Under the pieces are notes generated by a model. That model searched no databases. It saw only the letters and a program-made list of their open reading frames with translations, and had not been told where the DNA came from. This document shows, piece after piece, positions 38,887 to 48,889 of a stretch of DNA of 64,000 nt. Position 1 is the first letter of the stretch. Each line of letters starts with the position of its first letter. The position numbers and the translations under genes were made by a program. Source of the stretch: Gemmatimonadota bacterium (GTDB taxonomy: Bacteria > Gemmatimonadota > Gemmatimonadetes > Palauibacterales > Palauibacteraceae); contig JBDHAC010000005.1 in the NCBI GenBank assembly GCA_039588275.1, forward strand, positions 34,309 to 98,308. The letters run 5' to 3'.

Positions 38887-39795
38887 GTGAGAGCCTTGGC
38901 CCTGGCCGGTTACACCGTCGGCTTGGCGGCAGGCAGCCATCTCATGGTGGAGTCGATGGCTGCCCAAGAGCTGGATGAGCAGTCCTGCCAGGCCCTGCCC
39001 GACCTTCACGTGCCTCTGCCCGTCGCGCCACCGCCTGCCGTTCGGCCGGAGTCGGACCCAGGCGATTATTGGCTCTCGCTGCACGCCCATGACACACCGG
39101 TGTCCCTCGGCGTGGGTCACCTGAGAGTGACCAGCGACCATTACGACTGGCTGAAGGACGTCTCGATTCCCATGTTCGCACGGCCCGATGCGCCTGGCGG
39201 CCCGATCGCGTGGCTCCGGCAAGGGTGGCTGGACGGCAGCGCCTCCGAAGGGCCTAGGCGCAGGATCGGCTACCCTGGGGCAATCGAAACCGAGTACGAG
39301 CGCGCCACCGCCATCGTGCTCGAGACCCGCCCGGACGGGTGGGTCAGGTTCCGATACGACCTCCCCCCCGGGGCCCCACCGACCGATACGGCCGTCGAGC
39401 GGCCCGATACCTGGCTCCCGACCGAGGATGGCACCGCCTGGACGCACGAATGCTACCTGGGGCTGGGAGAGGCGAAGCTCGCGGTGCAGCTGTGGCGCGA
39501 CCTGTTCTTCGGCCCGGATGCGCCACCCCTCTCGTTCCTGGACCGAGCTCCGCACGCGCTTCGAGAAGGTCCCGCGACGCAGGCGGCCCGAATCGCTTGG
39601 GTGGAGGCCGATGACGAAGTGGAGGCGCTCGAGATCCGGGACGAATGGATGCGCGTGCGCGTCTCGAAGCCGGGCAAGTTCCTCACCCTTTGTACGAGCA
39701 TGGAGGAGTGGGCCGGCGAGACGCTCGAAGGGTGGGTGAAGTGGTCGGATCCCGAGGACGGGCCCTGGCTGTGGTATCCGACGCGGGGGTGCTGA
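38887..39795 (+). CDS. Hypothetical exported protein, possible C-terminal SH3-like domain
   Basis: Coding-like codon use after GTG 38887; LREGP...IRDEWMRVRV...GWVKW. Confidence 0.65.
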   Translation: MRALALAGYTVGLAAGSHLMVESMAAQELDEQSCQALPDLHVPLPVAPPPAVRPESDPGDYWLSLHAHDTPVSLGVGHLRVTSDHYDWLKDVSIPMFARPDAPGGPIAWLRQGWLDGSASEGPRRRIGYPGAIETEYERATAIVLETRPDGWVRFRYDLPPGAPPTDTAVERPDTWLPTEDGTAWTHECYLGLGEAKLAVQLWRDLFFGPDAPPLSFLDRAPHALREGPATQAARIAWVEADDEVEALEIRDEWMRVRVSKPGKFLTLCTSMEEWAGETLEGWVKWSDPEDGPWLWYPTRGC

Positions 39796-40029
39796 CTCGA
39801 ATACCCTCTGGCTACCCCCGCAGCGTGGTGTCATGCGGGGGATGAATCCTGGCCGTTCCGGAATACGTAGGACTCTCGCGACCTGGCGCCGTCTCGCCTC
39901 CGGGGATACCGCTCCTCTCGCTGACGCAATAGGCTGAATCGAGCCCCGGGCACGGGCATCGTCACCGCAGCGAAGGAACGCGTGCTCGCATCGACACCGG
40001 CGAACCGAGTCCATAGGAGTGAGGAGCGT

Positions 40030-40449
40030 ATGTCGCGAACACCCACGGTCTACGATCCGGCAAGCATACGAGTGCCCGCTCGGTGGGAGCTGATCCGAGA
40101 TGTGCTCGTGTTCCAGGGGAAGCTGTTCGTGGATGGTCTGCGCGACCTGATTTGGGCACCGGTATCGGTGGGCCTGGCGATCATGGATCTGTTGGGAGCC
40201 GGCAAGAACGCCGGTCTCCACTTCTACAGGTTCCTCTACTTCGGCCGGAAGACGGAGCACTTCATCAATCTGTTCGGAGCGACGGATCATGCCGAGTCGC
40301 ACGCCCTCGTAGGCAGGTCACCCGAGGGCCTCGATGCGCTCGTGAACCGGCTCGAGGGCATGGTCCTAAAGGAGTACGAGCGCGGGGGGATCACGGCGTC
40401 CGCGAAGAGTGCCGTCGATCGCGCGCTGGACAACCTGCAAAAGAAGTAG
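40030..40449 (+). CDS. Hypothetical protein
   Basis: GAGGAG RBS; LIRDVLVFQGKLFVDGLRD helical protein. Confidence 0.75.
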   Translation: MSRTPTVYDPASIRVPARWELIRDVLVFQGKLFVDGLRDLIWAPVSVGLAIMDLLGAGKNAGLHFYRFLYFGRKTEHFINLFGATDHAESHALVGRSPEGLDALVNRLEGMVLKEYERGGITASAKSAVDRALDNLQKK

Positions 40450-40453
40450 CGCC

Positions 40454-41452
40454 TTGAACGACGCGCAGCCGCCGACGCTCGCCGAGATCCGAGAGGCGCG
40501 CGAGCGCCTCGAGGGCCTCATCGTCGAGACGCCCGTCTGGCGGTGGGCGAGCGACGAGATCGATACGGCGCTCGGCTCCGACACCGAGGTCATCCTCAAG
40601 CTCGAGCTCTTCCAGCGCACGGGTACCTTCAAGCCCAGGGGAGCTCTGACCAACATGCTCGCCCTGGACCCCGCGGCGCTCGCGCGAGGCGTGACGGCCG
40701 TGAGCGCCGGAAATCACGCCATCGCGGCCGCCTACGCCGCGCGTCTGTTGAACACGACCGCCAAGGTCGTGATGCCCCGCACCGCCAATCCGGCGCGGGT
40801 CGAACGCTGCCGAGCGATGGGCGCCGAGGTGGAGCTCGTCGTGGACGGCGCCCGCGGGTTCGAGCGGGTACGAGAGATCGAGGCGGAAGAGGGCCGCACG
40901 TTCATTCACCCGTTCGAAGGTCCCCTGACCGTGCGCGGCACCGCCACCCTCGGGCTCGAGCTGTCCGAGCAGGTGCCGGATCTGGACGCGGTCATTATCC
41001 CGATCGGCGGTGGAGGTCTGTGCGCGGGCGTGGCCGCCGCCGTCAGGGCAGCGCAGCCGGGATGCCGGCTGTTCGGCGTCGAGCCGGAGGGCGCCGACAC
41101 CATGCACCGCAGTTTCGACGCCGGTGAGCCTGCGTCCATCGACGCGGTGCGTACGATCGCCGATAGCCTGGGTGCGCCACACGCCGCGCCCTATAGCTTC
41201 GAGATGTGCCGCCGCTTCCTCGATGACCTGGTCATGGTGGACGACGACGACCTGCGCCGAAACATGGCCCGCATGTTCGCCGACGCGAAGCTGGCGGTCG
41301 AGCCCGCGGGAGCCGCGGCCGCGGCGGCGATGTTCGGTCCCCTGCGTGACAGGCTGGTGGGCAAGCGGGTCGCCCTGGTCGTGTGCGGTACGAACATCGA
41401 TATCGAGACGTTCGCGGAGCAGGTGCGCGCGGGGATGGCCGCGCTCGGCTAG
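40454..41452 (+). CDS. PLP-dependent threonine/serine dehydratase family protein
   Basis: LKLELFQRTGTFKPRG, SAGNH, PIGGGGL, EPAGA, CGTN; TTG start. Confidence 0.92.
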   Translation: MNDAQPPTLAEIREARERLEGLIVETPVWRWASDEIDTALGSDTEVILKLELFQRTGTFKPRGALTNMLALDPAALARGVTAVSAGNHAIAAAYAARLLNTTAKVVMPRTANPARVERCRAMGAEVELVVDGARGFERVREIEAEEGRTFIHPFEGPLTVRGTATLGLELSEQVPDLDAVIIPIGGGGLCAGVAAAVRAAQPGCRLFGVEPEGADTMHRSFDAGEPASIDAVRTIADSLGAPHAAPYSFEMCRRFLDDLVMVDDDDLRRNMARMFADAKLAVEPAGAAAAAAMFGPLRDRLVGKRVALVVCGTNIDIETFAEQVRAGMAALG

Positions 41453-41563
41453 CCACGGGTCAGCCGCGCTCGGCTAGCCACGGGTCGGCCCCGTTCGGCT
41501 AGCCACGGGTCGGCCCCGTTCGGCCAGCCACGGGTCGGCCCCCTTCGGCCGGCCAGGGCGTCG
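41438..41563. repeat. 25-bp tandem repeat, about 5 copies, beginning in the dehydratase 3' end
   Basis: Units such as GCCGCGCTCGGCTAGCCACGGGTCG at 41438, 41463, 41488, 41513 and 41538, diverging progressively. Confidence 0.92.
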
Positions 41564-41746
41564 GCCCTGCCCCCGCCGCAGCTTGGCGACGCGCCGTCAG
41601 ACGGGGAAACCCGCACTTCCCGCCGGGTACATGACCCTACCGGCAGGCAAGATCATGATACCGCCAATCATACGAGGCCGATCGAGATGCCCTCCCATAT
41701 AGAGATCCGCGGCGTGGACGAGCCAGACCTGACCGGGCACTTCGGC

Positions 41747-42514
41747 ATGTCCCGGCGGGACTTCGTGAGGAGCAGCCTGGGGGCGGTGGCGGCGTCGGCG
41801 GTGCTCCCGGCCTGCGGGAACACCTCCGTCACAGGCACCGGGGGCGGCGACCCGCGGCTCAGCGCGCGGCCCGGGTCACCTACGGTAGAACCCACTCTCG
41901 GGCTCAGCCAGTTGGGTCTCGCGAGCGGTCGGGACGGGGTCCTGTACGTTCCGCAGAGCTACTCACCGGACACGCCGACGCCGCTGTTCGTAGCCCTCCA
42001 TGGCGCCGGCGGCGACGGAGAAGACTGGGCCAGCTACTACACGCGCGCCGAGGATCGGGGCATGGTCTTTCTGGCCCCGGACTCTCGCTCCGGGACATGG
42101 GACGCCATACGCGGTAATTTCGGGGCGGACGTAGGGTTCCTGGATCGGGCGCTCCGCCACACCTTCGAGCGCTGCCGGATCGACCCGGCGCGGCTGGCGC
42201 TGGGAGGTTTCTCCGATGGCGCGTCGTACGCGCTGAGCCTCGGCGTCTCGAACGGCGACCTGTTCAGTGACCTGGTCGCCTACTCGCCGGGCCTGTTCCG
42301 ACCCAACGACCCAATCGTCGGGAAGCCACCGATCTTCATTTCGCACGGGAGAAGCGACAGGATCCTTCCGGTCGGCAACAGTCGCGACCAAATCGTACCG
42401 ATCCTGCTCGGGAACGGGTACGACGTGACCTACCTCGAATTCGAAGGAGGGCACGAGGTACCCGCGGAAATCTCGGACCAGGCGCTGGACTGGTTTCTGG
42501 GAACGCCCTCCTAG
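41747..42514 (+). CDS. Tat-exported phospholipase/carboxylesterase family lipoprotein
   Basis: SRRDFVR signal, LPAC lipobox; LHGAG, GFSDGA, HGRSD, GGHEV. Confidence 0.88.
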   Translation: MSRRDFVRSSLGAVAASAVLPACGNTSVTGTGGGDPRLSARPGSPTVEPTLGLSQLGLASGRDGVLYVPQSYSPDTPTPLFVALHGAGGDGEDWASYYTRAEDRGMVFLAPDSRSGTWDAIRGNFGADVGFLDRALRHTFERCRIDPARLALGGFSDGASYALSLGVSNGDLFSDLVAYSPGLFRPNDPIVGKPPIFISHGRSDRILPVGNSRDQIVPILLGNGYDVTYLEFEGGHEVPAEISDQALDWFLGTPS

Positions 42515-42539
42515 GCAGGCTGTTGAACGACTCGACCCG

Positions 42540-43118
42540 CTAAGGGTGGAAGCGACCCAACGACATCTTGGCGAGCACCAGCATCGCCGCCTTGGTGAGG
42601 GGTGACGTAGCTGCCTTCTCCAGCGTCGTTGGGGGCAGCCTCCCGGCGGCCTCGAGGACGCAGTCCCGCAGCGTCATGCTCGCCTTCCGATGGAAGCGCC
42701 GGAACTCCCACACCGTGCTGGTCGGGAAATCCAATGCTGAGATCAGTCCCGCCGCGATCCCCGGACCCCGGACCTCTCCATCCGGCGAGCATATCGCGAT
42801 CCGACCACAGGTCTCTCCGTGCAGTCGGGCGAAGTTTAGCGCGAACGACGCTTGACGCAGGAGACGCGCGTGCGATTCAACTGTCCGGTTTGCCAAATAA
42901 TCGGGGGGGATTCGGATCCGGAGCCTGCGCTCGAACGGACCCGCGAGGTCTCTGGGCCAGCGAAGTGGATCGAGGATGAGAATTAGCCCATCGTGCTCTC
43001 GCACGATGAAGTACTCGAGCTCTTCGTAGGACAGAATCTCGATCTCGAACGGATTACGGGGCTTTCGCCGCTCCACCCTCTCCTCCACCGCGGATCCGAC
43101 CGGTCGTTGCCGTCCCAT
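42540..43118 (-). CDS. Hypothetical protein (possible degenerate tyrosine-phosphatase-like fold)
   Basis: Only long ORF filling the gap; IAICSPDGEVRGPGIAAGL resembles a PTP P-loop. Confidence 0.55.
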   Translation of the reverse strand: MGRQRPVGSAVEERVERRKPRNPFEIEILSYEELEYFIVREHDGLILILDPLRWPRDLAGPFERRLRIRIPPDYLANRTVESHARLLRQASFALNFARLHGETCGRIAICSPDGEVRGPGIAAGLISALDFPTSTVWEFRRFHRKASMTLRDCVLEAAGRLPPTTLEKAATSPLTKAAMLVLAKMSLGRFHP

Positions 43119-43233
43119 CCGCCCCCGCGTTTCAGGCTACCGGCTCCATTATGGCCGGGCCTCGGGCCCACCTGCGCTCGGGCCCGCTACAAGCAAGCTG
43201 AGGTGTCGAGGTGTCCGTGACAAGCCGGGCTTC

Positions 43234-44175
43234 CTAGGGTTCGAGCTCCGAATTGTAGCTGAGCAGGAACTCCAGGAACGCCGACGCCCCGGCCGCATCC
43301 TCCGCCACGTAGCGGATGGTGTGCGCATCAACCAGCTCGACGATGGGCAGATACGCCAGGACCTGGACGGGCCGGTAGCTCTTGAACGACACTTCTAGAG
43401 TCACCGGCGACGACAGTCTCACCGGGGTGAACTCGTCCACGCGAGCGAGGGCCGCCTTGACCTTCTCCCTAATCAGCGCGTAGCCGGCCGCGGGGGTCAG
43501 GGTACGTGCCGAGTGGAACCCGTAGTTCCACTTTACCACGGCGCCCTCGATGTCCCCGATGACGTGTCGCGCCTCCTCGACCGCCGCGTCGTCCCCGGAG
43601 ATCATCACGACGGGGACGCCGAAGTGTCCGGCGATCGCGGCGCTCATCCCCGCTTCGGGAATGGACTGACCGTTCAATCGGATGTCCGTCAGGCGCGCGC
43701 TCGACATCGTATGAGCCCGCACGCCTTCCGTGTTGGTGGTACCGGCGTGGTAGCCCAGGAGGATGGCGGCATCGAAGGTGGAATCGATCCCCTGCATCAT
43801 CATCAAGGGTCGCGGCCAGGAGCGGACGACCTGGACGTCGGCCGGCAGACGGTCGATGAGCAGGTTCTGTCCGTTGCCATGCGAGTCGCTGACCAGGATC
43901 TCGGTGGCGCCCGCCTCCCGGGCCGCCTCGATCGCGGCCAGGACCTCCTCCGTCATGAACTCGCGGAACCGTTGGTACTCGAAGCCGCCTGGTCCCAGCT
44001 GCTCGCCCGTCACTGCCCCGACGACCCCCTCCATGTCGGCCGAGATGTAGACCTTCAGACCGCGTTCCTGCCCCGACGCGGCGCCCTCACCGAGGGAGCA
44101 CAGCGCTCCGAACGAGATGAGGGCGGCAGAGCCCAGCCGACCGAGCTTCATTCGCCGTCGCCCTCCGCCGATCAT
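43234..44175 (-). CDS. M55 family D-aminopeptidase (DppA-like) with signal peptide
   Basis: KVYISADMEG, VSDSHG, GYHA, AHT, SGDD; ATGA overlap with upstream gene. Confidence 0.92.
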   Translation of the reverse strand: MIGGGRRRMKLGRLGSAALISFGALCSLGEGAASGQERGLKVYISADMEGVVGAVTGEQLGPGGFEYQRFREFMTEEVLAAIEAAREAGATEILVSDSHGNGQNLLIDRLPADVQVVRSWPRPLMMMQGIDSTFDAAILLGYHAGTTNTEGVRAHTMSSARLTDIRLNGQSIPEAGMSAAIAGHFGVPVVMISGDDAAVEEARHVIGDIEGAVVKWNYGFHSARTLTPAAGYALIREKVKAALARVDEFTPVRLSSPVTLEVSFKSYRPVQVLAYLPIVELVDAHTIRYVAEDAAGASAFLEFLLSYNSELEP

Positions 44176-46976
44176 CGGCTCCCCCCTTTCGATCCAATCT
44201 CGGGCCGCAGCCCGGGCGCTCCGTTTTCCGGCCCAAGGCCATCGCGCTGCGTCGTGATCGCGCCCTTCCCGCGTCGGTTGCGGAACTTCTTGAACAGGTC
44301 CGTATGCTTGCTGCCGAGCGGCACCTCGACGCCGTTGATGAACGCGCGATCCACATGCGTGATGATCTGCATCGGATCCCCGTCGGTCACGATCAGGTCC
44401 GCGCGCTTCCCGACCTCGATGCTCCCCATCTGGTCGCCGACCCCGAGGATCTCGGCCGCGTTCAGCGTCAGCGCCCGCATCGCGTCGTCCGCCGAGAGCC
44501 CGTACGCGACCGAGCGCGCCGCGTGATACGGCAGGTTGCGAACATTCGCGACGTCGTTGGTTCCGAACGCGATCTTGACGCCTGCCCCGGCCAGAATCCC
44601 GGCGTTCCGCCACCCGGCGGACACCGGATCATCCCGGTCCATGGTGGGTGAGAGCCCCGACCCGACGATCACCGGTATGTTTCGCTCCGCGAGTTCCTCG
44701 GCGACGCGAAAGGCCTGGTCTCCGCCCACGATCACCGGCTTCATGTCGGGGAAGCTGTCCTGCACGAGCATGACGGTTCGGATCTCGCGCTCCCTGCGCA
44801 CGCGGAAATACACGGGTATCTCACCAGTCACCGCAGGCACGAGCGCTTCGAGCAGGTGCGCCTGGCCGAAGCGAACGTTGGGATCGAAGGGGTCGTCGGC
44901 GCGCTCGCGCACGCTGGGCCGGTTCGCGTATAGTCGTGCCCGCGCGAGCAGGTCCAGCAGCGATTCCAACTCGTCGCCCTCCAACTTCGGCTCGTCCCAG
45001 TTCTTCCCGCTCGCCGAGGGGAGGTTCACCACGATCGCCGCGCGGTCCTCGATGACCATCCGTTCCGGCGTATCGCCCTCGTACTGGATCAGCGAGCCGG
45101 CCCCCTGGATTACCCCCGACCCGGGCACCGCGAGACTGGCGAGGATCCCGTTCGCGCGCGCCACCGGGATCGCCTCGGAGTGCGGATGGACGCCGGTCAG
45201 CCCGCGGATGTGAGGGTTGTACTTCCCGGTCTCGCGATCGTCGCGCGACGCGGCGACCTGTCCGATCTCCGCCATCCCCATCTGCGTGATCGGATCGATC
45301 ATCCCCGGATAGATGTGCTTGCCGCTCAGGTCGACCCGCCGCGCGCCGTCGGGGATGGGCACGTCGGCGGCCGAGCCGACCGCGGCGATACGGCCCTCCT
45401 GAACGACGACCACGCCGTCCTCGATCGGGGCCCGGGCCACCGGGTGCACCGTCGCGCCGACCAGCGCATAGATGCGGTCCGTCACCAGCGGCGGCGCGTC
45501 ATCGCGGGCCGACTCGGGGAGGGGCTCCTGATCGAGCGCATCGGGGGCACCGAGCCCGAAACCCTCCGCAACGGAGGGTGCGAAGTCCGGCATCGCCCGG
45601 ACAGGCTCGCCTCGCAACTCGGCCTCACGCGTTCGGTCGTAATACACGATCCCATCCACGATGGTCTTTTCGACGCGCGAGTAGGTGTTGAACGGGTGTC
45701 CGCTGAGGAGGAGCACATCTCCGTCCTTGCCGACCTCCAACGAGCCGACGCGATTGTCGATGAGGAGCTGCATCGCCGGATACAGGGTCAGCATCCGCAT
45801 CGCCTCTTCGGGCGAAACGGCGCCGTACTTGACCGGCTTCGCCATCTCCTCGCGCAGGAACGTCTGGAGCCAGGGGATGTCGGAGTTGAGGCTGGTGACC
45901 ACGCCGTGCTCCTGCATCACGGTCGCGTTGTACGGGATGGCGTCGTACGCCTCGAGCTTGTACTGCCACCAGTCGGAGAACGTGGATCCACCCGCGCCAT
46001 GCGCCGCCATCTCGTCGGCGATCTTGAAGCCCTCGAGGACGTGCGTGAACACGTCGATCTTGAACCCGAACCGCTCGGCGACGCGCATGAGCATCACGAT
46101 CTCGTCCGAACGGTACGAGTGCGCGTGGACGCGGATCTGACCCTCCATGATGTCCACGAGCGCCTCCAACCGGAGATCGCGCCGCGGTGGCACCAGGCTA
46201 ACGGATGGGTTCGCCCGGTAGTCGGCCCACACCTGCCGGTAGGCGCGAGCCGCCTCGAACGCGGCCACGTACGTGGCCTCGACGCCCTCGCGCGAGGCCG
46301 GAAACCGCGTCGGCCCCGACCCGCTGGAGTTCTTCCGCGTGACGTTCTCGCCAAGGGCGAACTTGACCGTCTGGGGCGCGCCCTGGACGAGGAGCGTCTT
46401 CGAGTCGTCCATCCCCCAGCGCGTCTTGATGATCGCGCTCTGCCCTCCGATCGGGTTCGAGCTCCCGTGCAGGATCTGGGCGGCCGTCACCCCTCCCGAG
46501 AGCGCACGGAAGATCCCGAAATCGCGCGGGTTCAGCGCGTCGATCACGCGTACCTCCGGGACCACCGGGGCGGTGGATTCGTTGGTCGAGGCCATCGCGA
46601 TGTGTGAATGCTGATCGACAATTCCCGGCATCGCCGTGTACCCGGACCCGTCGATCACCTCGATGTCGGACGGAGGGGAGAGATCGGGTCCGATTGCGCG
46701 GATCACCCCGTCCCGAATGAGGATGGAGCTGTTCTCGAGCACGTCGCCGGCCGCGGTCCAGATGGCATCCAGCCCCTGGATGAACACATCTCCGGTCGGC
46801 ACCGGCACCGCCCCCCGCTCGATCTGAGGCCTGAATTGCTGTGCCGCCGCGCCCGATGCGCCGATGAGCCCGATGATCAGGGCGAGGCTCGGCTTCAGGG
46901 CGACCCGGCTGACCGTCCGGTTCAAGCTCATGGCGCCTGCTCCCCTGCTCCTGGTCGTAGCCGCCGAGGCCTTCAT
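44172..46976 (-). CDS. Exported protein with two tandem amidohydrolase domains
   Basis: Domain 1: IVDQHSH, KFALGEN, HSYR, GSLEVGKDGD; domain 2: YPGMIDP, GSIEVGKRADL; alternative start 46931. Confidence 0.9.
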   Translation of the reverse strand: MKASAATTRSRGAGAMSLNRTVSRVALKPSLALIIGLIGASGAAAQQFRPQIERGAVPVPTGDVFIQGLDAIWTAAGDVLENSSILIRDGVIRAIGPDLSPPSDIEVIDGSGYTAMPGIVDQHSHIAMASTNESTAPVVPEVRVIDALNPRDFGIFRALSGGVTAAQILHGSSNPIGGQSAIIKTRWGMDDSKTLLVQGAPQTVKFALGENVTRKNSSGSGPTRFPASREGVEATYVAAFEAARAYRQVWADYRANPSVSLVPPRRDLRLEALVDIMEGQIRVHAHSYRSDEIVMLMRVAERFGFKIDVFTHVLEGFKIADEMAAHGAGGSTFSDWWQYKLEAYDAIPYNATVMQEHGVVTSLNSDIPWLQTFLREEMAKPVKYGAVSPEEAMRMLTLYPAMQLLIDNRVGSLEVGKDGDVLLLSGHPFNTYSRVEKTIVDGIVYYDRTREAELRGEPVRAMPDFAPSVAEGFGLGAPDALDQEPLPESARDDAPPLVTDRIYALVGATVHPVARAPIEDGVVVVQEGRIAAVGSAADVPIPDGARRVDLSGKHIYPGMIDPITQMGMAEIGQVAASRDDRETGKYNPHIRGLTGVHPHSEAIPVARANGILASLAVPGSGVIQGAGSLIQYEGDTPERMVIEDRAAIVVNLPSASGKNWDEPKLEGDELESLLDLLARARLYANRPSVRERADDPFDPNVRFGQAHLLEALVPAVTGEIPVYFRVRREREIRTVMLVQDSFPDMKPVIVGGDQAFRVAEELAERNIPVIVGSGLSPTMDRDDPVSAGWRNAGILAGAGVKIAFGTNDVANVRNLPYHAARSVAYGLSADDAMRALTLNAAEILGVGDQMGSIEVGKRADLIVTDGDPMQIITHVDRAFINGVEVPLGSKHTDLFKKFRNRRGKGAITTQRDGLGPENGAPGLRPEIGSKGGSR

Positions 46977-48670
46977 CGCTCACCTCCCGGCTGCCGGGTG
47001 GCCTTCCACGTCAAGGTGAAGTCGTCGGACGACCCATCCCCCGACGCCTGGTCACCCTCGACGGTTCCCGTGAAGGTCGCGGTGCCCCCGCCGCCTCCAA
47101 TGTTCACGATGAAGCGAACGTCGTTTCCGGACACGGTGCCGCTGCGCACCGTCCCGGTCCCCATGTCCAGATCCATCTCGCCCTCGAAAGAGTCGCCCTC
47201 CTGGACGAGGGTCATGGTTCCCCCGATCACGAACCCCTCGCCAGCGGTGATCTCGAGCCTCCACGTGCCAGTAAGATCCACGGCCGCGGGCCCACCGCCT
47301 CCGGACCCGGCTTCATCCACACGCTGTAGCTCACCCTCGACGAAGGCGTACAGGATCCGTGAGCCTTCTTCGAACAACGGCTTGTCGGCGATGATCAGTG
47401 TGGCCGGATATCCCGACTCCACCCCGGACAGGTAAGGGACACCATAGATCTCCGCGGGGGCCGTGGTGAGCGCTCGCAGCGCGGCGTCCTCGGACAGCCC
47501 GTATTTGATCGCCCGTCGGGCACCGTCGATCAGATCGGCTCCGCCTCCACCGCTGGTGAGCGCGAAGCGGACACCGCCCTCTGCCAGTTTGGCCGCGTTC
47601 GCGTAGATCTCCTCCAGCCGTTTGCGCTCGCGCCACACCGCCGGGTCCTCCGGTTCAGCTTCCTGCGCGGCGCCCCCGTTGTCTCCCGGCGGCTCTTCCG
47701 CCTCCACCTCCTCGCTCCGGTCCTCCTCCGGCTCCCAGCGTTCCGGGAGGGGAAAGTCGAGCGAGACGAGCACCGGTACGTCCCTTCGCGCCAGCTCGGG
47801 AGCCAGCTTCCAGGCCTCGTCCCCTCCCACGATCACCGGACGGAAGCCGAGCTCATCGCCGAGCTGAAGGGCGCGTCGGATGTCTTCGTCCCGATCGGCT
47901 CGAAAGAAGACCGTCGCGGCGCCCGTCTGTACCTGCTGGATCACTTCGAGGGCAGGGTCCCAAGCGGGCGTCGATACTCCCCGCGGATTCTGCCGGTACG
48001 CGGCGCTAAGGCGAGCTTGGCGCTCGGCGTCGGCGAACTGCTGGCGAAAGAACGCCATGAGGCCGAAGAGCTGGCTGGGGTACACCCCTCGCCCCGCTCG
48101 GAAGGCCATGACCGGCCCCAGAGTCGGCGTCACTACCAGCTCCCACGCCTCCTCGGCGCCGGGCCGGAAGAGAAGCAGCGTCCCGCGGCCGGGCATCAGG
48201 GCGTTCGCGGGATGAACCGCCGCGGCCACGACCCCCGTACGCCGGTGGCTCTCGAGATCTCCGCCGTCCAGGTCGAGGTGGTCGAGCACGCGACGCTGCG
48301 GCATGAAGCCCTGGAGCTCCCTCGGCGGATTCCAGGATTCGACCTCGCCGCGGTCGAACTCCTCCTCGGGGAAGGCGTAGGCCACCGCCCCTTCAGCATC
48401 GACGAGTCCGGGATACACGAAAACGCTGTCTCCGGGCAGCACCACCGCGTCGCCCGGCACCTCGACCTCGGCACCGATAACCTCGATGAGCTGCTCGCGG
48501 ATCACGACCGTAACGCCCTCGAGACGCGAGCCATCGGGCCGAACGACCGTCGCTCCCTGTACCGCGTAGGCAGCCGGTGGCGGGACGTCGGTGAACTGAG
48601 CCGCGGTCGATGCCGGGAGGACGAGCCCCAAGACCAGCCCGAGCCGGGTCCCAAATCTGAAGCGGATCAT
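46973..48670 (-). CDS. Exported amidohydrolase-like protein (metal ligands degenerate) with C-terminal beta domain
   Basis: YPGLVDAEG in place of DxHxH; GLSEDAALRALT..PAEI; DLTGTW tail domain; AGGAG RBS. Confidence 0.85.
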   Translation of the reverse strand: MIRFRFGTRLGLVLGLVLPASTAAQFTDVPPPAAYAVQGATVVRPDGSRLEGVTVVIREQLIEVIGAEVEVPGDAVVLPGDSVFVYPGLVDAEGAVAYAFPEEEFDRGEVESWNPPRELQGFMPQRRVLDHLDLDGGDLESHRRTGVVAAAVHPANALMPGRGTLLLFRPGAEEAWELVVTPTLGPVMAFRAGRGVYPSQLFGLMAFFRQQFADAERQARLSAAYRQNPRGVSTPAWDPALEVIQQVQTGAATVFFRADRDEDIRRALQLGDELGFRPVIVGGDEAWKLAPELARRDVPVLVSLDFPLPERWEPEEDRSEEVEAEEPPGDNGGAAQEAEPEDPAVWRERKRLEEIYANAAKLAEGGVRFALTSGGGGADLIDGARRAIKYGLSEDAALRALTTAPAEIYGVPYLSGVESGYPATLIIADKPLFEEGSRILYAFVEGELQRVDEAGSGGGGPAAVDLTGTWRLEITAGEGFVIGGTMTLVQEGDSFEGEMDLDMGTGTVRSGTVSGNDVRFIVNIGGGGGTATFTGTVEGDQASGDGSSDDFTLTWKATRQPGGER

Positions 48671-48889
48671 GGACGAAAACTCCTGCAGCGGGTCCACAAC
48701 AGCCCTGCAGCGTCTGGCAGGGGGGTCTCCCCGGGACAGGCCAGTGCTGCGGAGCCCGTAGAGTGTGGCGTGACGCCCGGATCCTCAAGAGCCCCCGCAA
48801 AATCCCCGCGATCTGACGCCCCGCGCCGGCCCTTGGAACCCCGGACGCTTCCGCGTACCGTGAGGGGATCCGCTGACTGCGAGGGACGC

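Noticed and set aside
41438..41563. CRISPR array
   Set aside because: Contiguous tandem units with no unique spacers and no cas genes; the same applies to the repeats at 8407 and 50518
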